Shown one piece after another: positions 28,001 to 38,719 of a stretch of 64,000 nt of DNA. Under the pieces are notes generated by a model, which was not told the origin of the DNA, ran no database searches, and saw only the letters and a program-made list of their open reading frames with translations. The position numbers and the translations under genes were made by a program. Each line of letters starts with the position of its first letter. Within the stretch, counting starts at the first letter, position 1. Source of the DNA: Antedon mediterranea (lineage: Eukaryota > Animalia > Echinodermata); assembly GCF_964355755.1 (NCBI RefSeq), contig NC_092680.1:8060001-8124000 (forward strand). Direction: 5' to 3'.

Positions 28001-29569
28001 AATACAGTGAGTTATTCTAATACAATTAAGGGTAATAATATATCTTTATATATGTTGATAGTACAGTAATTTTTATCAATTTATCTATTTCCAAAACCTA
28101 ATTTCCATGCTAAAATTCTTTCTGTTGGTTATAATATGCTGCTTTCCATATTGTGTTGGTACTGTATGAAAATGTTCCAATACAGAAAACCAATTTGCAC
28201 AAAGTTGTACCAACCTAATTGCATTTGTACTAGAACGCAGCATTAATTACTGTCTATGCATTTTAAGAGGATACTTATGTGTTTTATTAAAGTATACATA
28301 GCAGTGGTAGTCTACACTATTATCTACTGTACTATATTTACACATGTTAAGGTTTCAATAAGTTGGTTAAGTAAATTTGTTAACATATTGTTGTTAATGG
28401 TATGGTTCTATACATTTACTGTGCTACATGTTATTTGTATTATTGAATTCTTACCGTTAATTTTTTCAGCTCTTTAAGAATAGTTTTTATACATTTGTAT
28501 GTGCATGGTGCCATTTTTGTTATTCTAATATTGTATGCACTTGTTTTTTATAATTATAGCCTAGTTCCTGTAGGTGCCTTCGCATTTTTAATGTATGGAA
28601 AAATCATGATTTATAATTGGAAAAATATCTTCAACATTAAAATGTATTTATTTGAGTGTGTGCTTATGACCAAAGCTCCTCCTTTAAGAATTGTTTAATA
28701 TTAGGATATTAAAACAAATCTTAATTGAAAAGATATTTGTTGTTTTTAGAAATTTATTTTATAATGATGTAAAAAGAAAATGCTAGTATATTAATGCATT
28801 TTGTTATACATATCTTCTGAAAAATTTAAATGTTTGATTTGATCATTAAACTGAATTTCTTTTGGTTTTTCAATCAAATTGAAATGACTGGGTGCTGAAA
28901 GTGGTTGTTAGTGATCATAAGGACTATGCTAAATGATGTTTTGGTCTTAAAGCAACACTTCTTTATATGTAGATCAGGTTTTGGGGAGATTTTTGAAGTT
29001 GTCTTAAATTGAAGGTTATTTTACATTTAGTATGATGGCAGTAAATTATATTTTGTTACTAGATGGCTTTTAAATGAATTGGTGCATAGTAAAACAATCT
29101 TTAATTTGTTTGTACCTAAATACAGTAGTCTCTATTATTGTACTACATATGAGTGGTTAAGAAGTTGCATGTGAAAATTGCACAAATATACTGAAAATGT
29201 AGCTTTCCCTATTATGCAAATTAACCATGTGTATCAAATATCAAAACATAAATATTATTCCCACCCTGAATTTTATTACGATTTATATCTGTTGCACAAA
29301 CATCAGTGGAGTCCACTGACATTTTTATTGAATTTTGTACAAATATGAAGAATCTAGGCTATGTATTTTGTACATAGGTTAATGCAAGAAACTTTGCTGT
29401 AGAAAATATGATGACTACATGCCCAGATCTCTTAATTTATTGATGGAAAAGATTTTCCTATGAAAATAGAAATAAATATATGTCTATTGTAATTATGTAG
29501 AGGGAATATTAAAATATCCTCAAATGATATGCTTGTTTAGAGTGTTTTGTTATACTGTACTTACTAATC

Positions 29570-30160
29570 AGGCCTATAGCCAGGGGGGGGGGGGGGGTTA
29601 TGGTTTGGGCGAACCCCCATCCCTGACATGCCCAATACCTCACCCTCATCTCTGAAAATCATCCAAATACGTGCCCCACAGTACAAAAGGTTATTCGTAA
29701 ATTGAAAAGTTTGTAAACTCGTTCGTGAATAACTCATACATTCTTCCCTGTATGAGCGTACATCGAGCGATACGTGTCTAATTTCTAAGAGATTGGCAAA
29801 TGAATTGCCAATTTCCATCTGAAAAATAAATACGAATTCCCGAGTGAATGATTAAACAATCAGGGGTTCCGCACAGAGCATGCAACAAATGTTATCGTCC
29901 TTTAAATAGTCCACGTGTGTGAGGAGAAAAAAAGTATGATCGGTAGCATGCTACATGAGAGTGGTTTTTTCGGTCAAATAGAGGTGCCATTTATCATGAA
30001 TGTTATGTGCGAGAGTACCATTTCCGATTTAACAAAATTCGCATCAGGCCCACCATGTTCAGACCTCTTTGGGGTCTTGGGAATTACCATACCAAACCCC
30101 ATTGAACTGCACCAAATTCCAATGATGAAGTGTCTTCTTAGACATTTCATGGATTTACTA
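29570..30160. mobile_element. Probable DNA-transposon remnant
   Basis: Begins caggcctatagccagggggg..., a terminus style seen in DNA transposons, with an abrupt rise in GC. It holds short unassignable ORFs, and no second TIR was found. Confidence 0.35.
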
Positions 30161-30229
30161 CCTGTACAGTAGTGTTACTGTTGAAAAGATAGAATATAGT
30201 GAGGAATGGTTGAAAATAATTTACGCTGC

Positions 30230-33200
30230 CTTGCGGAGAGGAAACGGAAAACCAAAGGCTAAGGGTCCAATCCCTGACAGAAAAGGTGTTGTTGTAACAT
30301 GACAGCAAAGGGCATGACACATAGTGTAAAATGGCCATCGTGTTACCGATCTAGAGATGTCCAAGTTTTAAACTAAATGACAGCTGCTAGTATACAGAGA
30401 GGAAGGCAACGAGAAACCACCTCAATGTTAAATATTCCCTTGAATTATGGCAGTCAATATAGGAGAAATCGATAACGACGTTAACGGAATTCAGGAAGAT
30501 GTAGTACTGAAAGTCGCGTCCGGCAGGGTTATAAATGAGGATGACCAGGTCGTCAACCAGCGAAAACCTCATACTAAGATAGGCACATGGAATGTGCGAA
30601 CACTATTAAGACATGGGAAAAAAGAAAATGTAAAGATATATTAGGTCTTTGTGAAACAAGACTAGCTAAGTATGGAGATATAGATGTTGAAGGTTTTAGA
30701 CTAATATACTCTGGTGCTGATAAACAAGGACAGCATGGAGTTGGAATCCTCTTAGATAAAGAGTTTGGAAAGAAAGTTATAGAAATCAAATGTATGAATG
30801 AAAGACTAATGATGATCAAAATTGAAGCACTTCCTAAAAGAGTGGATTAGTAATAAATGTAAGGAAATAGATAATCTACAGAAGGCTGGACGGAGTGACA
30901 TATCATATAAAGTAATACAGGAACTATCAGGAATTAACACTCCCGGGGGGGTCACTTGTATATAAACCAAACGGGGGGGGAGGGGGGTACAGCAGCCACT
31001 TCAAGACATGAGGCACTTGCGCTACCTGTTTTACTGAAAAATACTACGGACTTGACCTACCATTTACCAAAATCCAGTGTTCTCTAAAAAGACGGCAGAA
31101 ACAAGGCCACGCCAGAGAGGGGGCAAAATTTATACTGGTTCCCAGCATGATCTGCGCATGGCCAAAAAGAACGTTCATGAAAAAATCACGAACGTGTTTT
31201 GAAAGTTTATCGCGCATCCGCGGGGTGCATGACGACAATGATCAAGAGTGGTCACAGTTGAATGATTTTGTCCTAGGCTGGATGTTTCGTGTTCTTCTGC
31301 TGATGCGAAAAACTCTAGGCCTATTCAAAGGTATTTAGCGATGGGCTTATAGCATCCAGTATGCTAAAATACCTGCAAAATTTGGCGATAAATCGTGACA
31401 TTTTGACACGGGTAGGCGGGCTAGGGACTTAAACTACTAATTTCACCCTGTCATTTACCACACTTGTGCTACCAACTCTTCATATTTTCCCACACTTGTG
31501 CTACCAGGCCCTCGAAAATATACCCGTAAATGCGGCACCTCCCCGTATGGAAATATTTAAGAGTGACCCCCCCGGGTTAACACTAAAAGACGTAAGGGTA
31601 CACAAGCAGTATTAAATAAAGAAGATAAATTACTACAGTAACTGATAATAATGAAATAAGACAAAGATGGAAAGAATATCTGGAAGATTTAAAGCCAATA
31701 GTGTGTCCGCTTGAAGATGAACAAAATGTAAATGAAGAAAGTCTGGGACCAATATTTCTGAAAGATGAAATTACAAAAGGAATTAAAAGACTACATGAAA
31801 GAAAAGCTGAAGGCATAGATGGGATACCTGCAGAGATGTTAAAACAACTAGGAGAAGTAGCAACCTTGGAACTTACCAAACTTTCTAACAAAATCTACAC
31901 ACAAGGAAAATGGCCAGCGGATTTCACTAAATCTGTAGTAATACCCTTGGAGAAGAAAGTAAACACCCAACGATGTGATGAACACCGAACGATAAGTCTC
32001 ATAACGCATACATCTAAGATAACACTTAGGCATTAAATGACAGATTGGCATCAAAACTTGCAGAGTATATTGGAAAGGATCAATTTGGTTTTGTAAAAGG
32101 AAGAAGCACCAGAGATGCGATTGCTGTGCTGAGAGTGATGGGAGAAAAATCCCTAGAATATGGTAACTAATTGTATAATGCTTTGTGGATTATGAAAAAG
32201 CATTCGACAGGATTAATTGGATCAAATTGATGGATATCTTGTATAGAATTGGTGTTGACTATCGGGACAGACGGTTAATATGGGAGCTATATATCAATCA
32301 ATCTGCATCAATTATAATAGACGGTCAGTTATCTGAACCAGCACAGATAGGTAGAGGTGTCAGACAAGGAGGAATACTGTCAACTAACTTCTACAACATT
32401 TATGAAGAATTTCTACTTTCAGAAGCACTTACAGACTGTAGTGATGGAGTAAAAGTTGGTGGTCACAGAATCTCAACTGTACGGTTTGCTGATGATAAGG
32501 CTGTGATGGATAACTCTAATGTCGGTCTCTAAAGAATATTAACAAAAATTAATGAAGCAGGGGAAAGAATATGGAATGAAGATAAACACCAGAAAAACTA
32601 AAGTAATGTGAGTGCATTACAAAAAGAGCAAATGTACAAATGGAAATATATGTTGATAGGAAAATTATTGAACAAGTTGATTCCTTTTGCTACCTGGGAA
32701 CAAAATTAACAACAGATGGCAGATGTAAGAGTGAGATTCTAAGGAGAATGGGAATGGCAAAGGGGAAATTCCTAACAAACAGGAAATTCTTAACAAGTAA
32801 AGCAAGTATTGAAAAGAAAAGAAATAGTTAAAGCATTAGTATTGAGTGTTGCATTATACGGATGCGAAACATGGACATTAAAAAAAGAGGAAATAAACAG
32901 AATAGATGCATTTGAAATGTGGTGTTGGAGAAAAATGCTAAAAATTCAATACACAGAGCACAGAAGAAGGAATGATGACATTTTGAATGAAATAAGAGAA
33001 GAAAGACAACTAATGAAACGCATTAATGAACAGCAGAAGAAATGGATTGGTCACAGTATTAGAAATGGAGGATTATTGAAAATAGTGATGGAGGGTAGAT
33101 ACGATGGAAAAGCAGGTAGAGGAAGGAAGAGAAAAATGCTACTGGATAGACTTAAAAATGGAAACAAATATTACCAACTAAAGGACAAAGCATTAAATAG

Positions 33201-33275
33201 AGAAGAGTGGAAGAAAATGACTGTCATGGACCTGCCAATTGGCAGATGACAAGGTAGACAAGGTAGGTAGGTAGT
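30230..33275 (+). mobile_element. Decayed RTE-clade LINE (APE endonuclease plus reverse transcriptase, frameshifted), interrupted by a TIR element
   Basis: The 5' motif gagaggaaggcaacgagaaaccacctc is RTE-like. Endonuclease fragments: KIGTWNVRTL, DILGLCETR, HGVGILL. RT fragments: KAEGIDGIPAEMLK, DYEKAFDRINW, GVRQGGILS, RFADD, LYGCETWTL, AFEMWCWRKML. Several stops and frameshifts, an internal deletion near 30860, and a (ggta)n tail. Confidence 0.93.
30942..31576. mobile_element. 635-bp non-autonomous DNA transposon nested in the RTE LINE
   Basis: Perfect 15-bp TIR cccgggggggtcact / agtgacccccccggg, flanked by the 8-bp TSD ttaacact (30934-30941 and 31577-31584). Confidence 0.93.
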
Positions 33276-33419
33276 GTTAGGCATGGCAGCTCTAGGCCTA
33301 GGGGGCCTAAACCTGTACAGTAGAGTAGGTAGGTAGTAGGTTAGGGGCTTAGTCAGTCTGCCTCTGCTGGGCCTGCCTAGCCCCCTAGCCATAATAATAA
33401 TTTAATTTAATGTACTTAC

Positions 33420-33720
33420 ATTCTATTTCGCCTTTCGTTGATGATATCGGTGATAACAGTGTTTGGAGCAGCACTGTGTGGCATGTTGGGGATCACACAC
33501 CTAGTAAAAGTTCCGACAAAATCCATGAAGGTAGGACTAAGCTAGGCCTTTGACTGTAGTTAGCTAGTTGGAGGAAGACTGAAGAGAAACTTGACTCTCT
33601 CGGCGGCGGGCCCATTGGCGGTGTATGGTTTCTGATTGGTCAGTAGTTTATCGTCTGCTTTTTACACTTACATCGAATCAAAACTAATCATTATGAATAT
33701 GATTACGCATGCGCATACGT
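33420..33720 (-). promoter_or_regulatory. Putative promoter and first exon of an unidentified minus-strand transcript
   Basis: NRF1-like cgcatgcgca (33706-33715), minus-strand CCAAT boxes (33635-33639, 33614-33618) and a GC-rich ggcggcggg. ATG at 33526 opens 35 codons up to a consensus donor GTAAGTA at 33419, followed by an AGGCCT/CTAG-rich tract. Confidence 0.45.
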
Positions 33721-34133
33721 GTTACGGTTGTTTAAACCAGAGAAAATAATGTATTGCTCATTACTGGTAATAAATAATTATGAAAAATTATTCAAGTTAA
33801 TTAGAAAACATTTTTTTTAATGGGAGTGAAGTTGGCAAGAATACATTGAAAATACATGCCATTTTGTTTACTTTTTATTGTTCTGTATTCCTTCAAAAAA
33901 GAGGAGATGAGGGGAAAAAGAGATGTCCGAGGACTTCAAATTTGCAATAGGTGTAGTTGCAGAGAAGAGGAAATGCTTGAGGATGATTACATCCAGAAGT
34001 GAATATCCATAATCTAATATAAATAATACATGCAGATTCAAGGATTTTTATGGGTACAAAGAGATCCAGTGATGGTTGGATGAGATTGGAATGATAAATC
34101 ATAGTAAATGGTCTGTAATAAGTGAAAACTTAA

Positions 34134-34677
34134 AGATGTATTGTCCCTTGAAACACAAAAAATGAAAAAAAAAAATATTCTAATTTTAAATTGGCCATAT
34201 CAAAGTAATATTAAAGTTATTCACTTTAAGTCGAAAATTCGAGCCAAAAACAACAGTTTACGTAATTAACAGGTAAATTAATTAGATTACATTTCGTCTG
34301 AGAAATCGTCGCAAGCGAAAGTAAACAAAGATTTCAAACCATGAGTATGTATTATGCATGATGCTAATTAGGATTGTTTACAACTCATCACGGTTGAGAA
34401 GGTGTTTTCACACAGATCGCGAGGAAGTTTTATGATTATGCATACAGAGTAGCCAAACAAGCGCATTGCATTATGGGATATGTTTTGATTGAAAACTTTG
34501 ACTGGAAGTCAAAGTTATTTTTTGAACAAAAAAACATCTGTATTTCGGTTAAATTATTTTTTTTTTGACTAATTTTTTGTGAAAGTTAATAACTATTATG
34601 ATACTTAAAAATGACCCACTTTTTTTCGAATTTAAAAAAAAAAAATTTTGTTGGATTTAGTCAAAGGGACAATACAT
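34134..34677. mobile_element. MITE of the agatgtattgtccc TIR family (Kolobok-like), longer variant
   Basis: ttaa|agatgtattgtccctt ... aagggacaatacat. The TIR is the same as at 15841-16169, and the right terminus is damaged. Confidence 0.8.
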
Positions 34678-35356
34678 TCTGGGCTGTGGAAAATTTGTAC
34701 AAATACATGAAATGAAAAAAGCACACATTTGTTAATAACATTTCAGATGATATTTCTACATATTTTACAAGACCTTTTTATACATTCAGGAAATTGTTAG
34801 TACTGTATAACTGAAATACTGTACATACAGGTTAGAACTTGATGAAGGCCTCAATTGTGCAGTGGTGAATATTATACAATAAATTATCGTAACCATCATA
34901 GTTATGATGAAAAGTTTAATAAAAGATTAATTAAAAATGCTATACAGTACTGTACATTGGCTTGTAGATTAGCAAATAATGTAATCAGTAAATATATTTA
35001 CAATCTTTGCAGTCTTTGTTACTGGGCAAATTTCTTTGCAAAAATCAAAATTCTATCTTTCATATTCCTTTCTACGACGGATTCTTGTTCTGTGAGTTTT
35101 TCGATGCAGCAAAAACAATGGATTTGCATGAATAAATTTGCCTGGTTTTACGATAGTACCAGTCCATTGGAATTGGGACTGAAACCAAAATCATTCTGAA
35201 CAATAACTACTGGTTAAGTACTAGATTCACAAAATACCTTAAAATTATAGGCCTAGCTAAATTTTCAAATTTAAATTACTGTTCATTAAATATACCATTC
35301 ATATATTTTTTTTCTGTATTGTTATAATCCACTCAAAATATCGTTCACATACAGTA

Positions 35357-37970
35357 TTAAGCATTGATAGGTTTTAGTGGTCTGGGTTTCGTTATTGAAC
35401 GGCGTCTGTGAGGTTTCAGCAATTGTTGTCCAACCTGATACAGTAAGAAATGTAATAAGGAAATCTATATTATAATAATATATTAAAATGACATTTGCAA
35501 TATATTTGGTAATATTATATGAAAACCAAATTATTTTATAAACTTCATTGGTTTGATGATTGTAAATGATTTATCGATATTAAAAAAGTACTTGGGATTG
35601 CGACCTAGATTTTAAACTTTTAATGGAGATTTTAAATTAAATTACTACTGTATTACTACAGTACAAGTATTTCATATACTAAAAACATATATTCTTTATT
35701 TAAGACTCTATAGCTGAAACATTATAAATTACCTTTGGACTTTTTGGTGATGGGGTAAATGTCCTTGGGTTATTTTCCTTGTTTGGACTAGCAGCAAGAC
35801 GATGGGCAAATTTCTTTTTCAGGGCCTGGGCAATCAATGAAGCAGCATCCATGCTGTTGGATAGCTTTGGTGCTTGACGGACAGGAGTTCCACCTGGAGA
35901 CCTACATAGAATTAAGAAAAAAAGCTTTTGTAAAATCTCTCTTCTTTATGGGGGAATGATTCCCTCAGTTTTCGATGGTAACACATGCACTGTATAAACC
36001 AGCTATGTATGACTTGCACCGCATGTAAAACTTTGTTTGAATCATTTGTTACTACAGTACTGCAACACACTTTACTTATAACTGGATAATAACTAAAAAC
36101 AAAAAGTGATCAAAATACAATAATAATTTTGGCTTGACTGTTCAAATAAATATTTCTGCAAGCTCTTCTGGATGGAAAACTCACCTGGCAATAGATCGAA
36201 GCTTCACTGAACCAAGCCCTTTGAGAACATCTGCCATATTGGGCACTCCACTCTTTGAATCTTGTGAACAGTCATCAATGTTACCTTTGAGAGCCTTATT
36301 CTATAGTGAGAAGTGTATGTAAAAATAAACACTTAATAAAGATAACATTTCTTTCAATCAAGTTTTTTTATCACTTGTTTACTAACCTTTTTAATCTGAT
36401 CTTTGACACTATAGTGCTTAGTTTGGATAACTGCAGGAGGTGGCGGTGGTGGTGGAGGAGGTGCCCCACATGGCGGTGGTGGTGGAGGAGGTGCTCCAAA
36501 CATTGGTGGTGGTATAGCTGGTCCTGGTGTTGCTATAAGAAAAATATAAATAATCACAATTGTGTAACTTCACATAGGGATGTACTGTACTATAATTTCA
36601 CACACCCTGGTGGTGGAGGTAGTTCAATATACAACTTCAGGTACATTTCATTCTTTACAGTGCAGATCTAACACCCATATTGGACAATACACATTAGTTA
36701 AAATACCTGGATATGATTGCTGTGTGGTTACGATCAAAGCGATCTGCGCCCTAAGCTTGGATAGCTCCTCTTCTAAAGCATCAATCTTTCTCATTGAGAC
36801 AGGGTCTGGTGTAGCTATAGTAGGCATCTCTTTTACAGGAGTCTTTGGAAGCTTTGTGGTACTCTCAACATCTGAACATGTTTCTTTTTGTACTGGCTGT
36901 ACAAGTTGAACTGGTCTGTATCTTCTACCACTGCGCTTATAAGAACCTCTGTATTCAGTTCTGAAAAACAACATAAAATTCTCTAATTACAGTATAATCA
37001 ACAGTGATTATGTTAATTTTAAGTATATGGTAAATCCCCTAAGGGAACACCACACCACAAAGGTTAGCCTAGTCATATTGTTACAAATACAACCCCTGGT
37101 TTGTTTCAGAGGTAAGTATCCTCTATAGGGGTGTCTAAAAGGAAGAATTAGTGACTTTCAAATTTGCCCAGAAACATGGCCTTGCTAGGCTACATACTAC
37201 AGTGCTTTATAAAAAAACACCTAAAATACACTCATGTACCATAACTGGTACATGATACTTCAAAAAAAGAAAAAAGACCTAGACAGTACCTGGCCACAGA
37301 ACTTTTGTCTGGACTGAACACTTCAATCCATGGTATATCAGCTAGGGTCGCCATTGGAAGGGGTTCACATTCATCATCAATAAACGTTGGTTTTCTTCCA
37401 TGTTTTGTGAAGTTTGTGTCCTGTAAAGTCTGTGCAAATAAAAAGATACAAGAACATGTACCTCAACCTTGTTTGCATTTAAATGAGAGTTAACTTATAG
37501 TGTTGATTCAATTATATCTTTTAATACAACCTGTATATCAAAATAAGGGCCAGTAATCTAGTCTGCACAAGTAATATTTTATACTTATCGATAATTTTTT
37601 TAATGAGTGACTGCAACTTTCTTTATATTAAACATACTGTATTGTACCTGAAAATAAACTCTTCTACATGGCTTCAATGGTAGGTGACTACCAATTGTGC
37701 GAATTAGAGACTTCCATCGTTTCCGTTCCTTGCGTTTAGCATCTCCATGATAACCCTTTATAGAGAAATTGAATAATAATTACACTTATAAATATTTTTT
37801 AAGTGTAGGCTATTGCATTTTTCTTAGTTGATTGATCTTATAATCATGATTTCAATCAATTTCATTTGAGATTATTTTTACAACATACATACCAATTGAT
37901 TAGGATAGGATGATAGACCTAAATATTCCAACAACATTTGGAGTAGATGTCTAAAACTGTTGTCACTCAT
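35357..37970 (-). CDS. MTFR: Mitochondrial fission regulator (MTFR1/MTFR2 family)
   Basis: Minus-strand phase-consistent exons: 37970-37893 (MSDNSFRHLLQMLLEYLGL), 37755-37648 (SLIRTIGSHLPLKPCRRVYFQ), 37429-37290 (ATLADIPWI), 36960-36707 (KIDALEEELSKLRAQIALIV), 36532-36387 (poly-Pro), 36300-36185 (PNMADVLKGLGSVKLRSI), 35901-35733 (RSPGGTP...DAASLIAQALKKKFAH), 35434-35357 (stop). These are hallmark MTFR motifs. A likely non-coding exon 1 ends at 41405 (donor GTAAGT). Confidence 0.92.
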
Positions 37971-38046
37971 CAGATCTGTTTTGGCTGCAATAATTTTCCT
38001 GAAGAAATAAAAAAACATTCTGGCTATATATAGGCCTAGAATAGAA

Positions 38047-38582
38047 GGAAGCTGATCACTCCGGCCGCACTTCATTCCGGCCGCCGTATCAGTTTAGCGC
38101 GATGTTATGCACTCCGGCCGCTATTCAATTCGACTTCCTGTGCAAAGTGGCCGTTAGTATGGAGCGCCCATATCTACGATTCTATACTGTTCAGTGTTAT
38201 AACAAATTCTTGGTGACCAAAAGAATTAAAAGAAAAAAGAATTTAAATGGAACTAGTTGAATATTTATTATCAACAATTTTACTTTTTTCATTAACATTC
38301 AAAGAAGTTGGAACTGCTTTTTCTTTCAAACTAAACTTAACTTTTTCCTTTCAAATAATCAAATACCCGTCTAATTAATGCTTGAATAACAATAGTTAAT
38401 TTCTTTCTATGTATATTTTATAGCTTTACATTAACATTAAAAATTAGTTAAAAACCTTATTTTTATAACACTTTATCTTGCCAGTATCCATACTTACTAA
38501 TTATAGTTAATAACAATATGTAAAATATTAATTTATTTATTTCAAATAATCAAATTAAGCGCGGCCGGAGTGATCTGTATTC
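38047..38582. mobile_element. 536-bp MITE with 8-bp TSD in MTFR intron 1
   Basis: gaatagaa|ggaagctgatcactccggccgc ... gcggccggagtgatctgtattc|gaatagaa. The ctccggccgc core is repeated subterminally. Confidence 0.85.
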
Positions 38583-38719
38583 GAATAGAATAGGCCTCTC
38601 TAAATAAATTCAAGAAAGGCCAACCTAGCCTAGCTAGGCCTACTACTAGAGAGGGCCTACTAGGCCAACTAGCGTAGGGAAGGAGTAGGCCTATTCTATA
38701 GAATAGTTAGGCCTAGTAC

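Noticed and set aside
25059-29500. Short AT-rich ORFs downstream of PDE7
   Set aside because: No domain motifs or consistent splice structure. The composition fits a 3' UTR or intergenic DNA.
29564-29818. Second exon for the orphan 33526-33420 exon (good minus-strand acceptor at 29819)
   Set aside because: Joining in phase 2 reaches a stop after about 10 codons and the segment lies in a probable transposon remnant. It cannot be supported as coding, though a non-coding splice is not excluded.
36306-36909. Plus-strand Trp/Arg-rich ORFs
   Set aside because: Antisense shadows of the MTFR poly-proline and coiled-coil exons.
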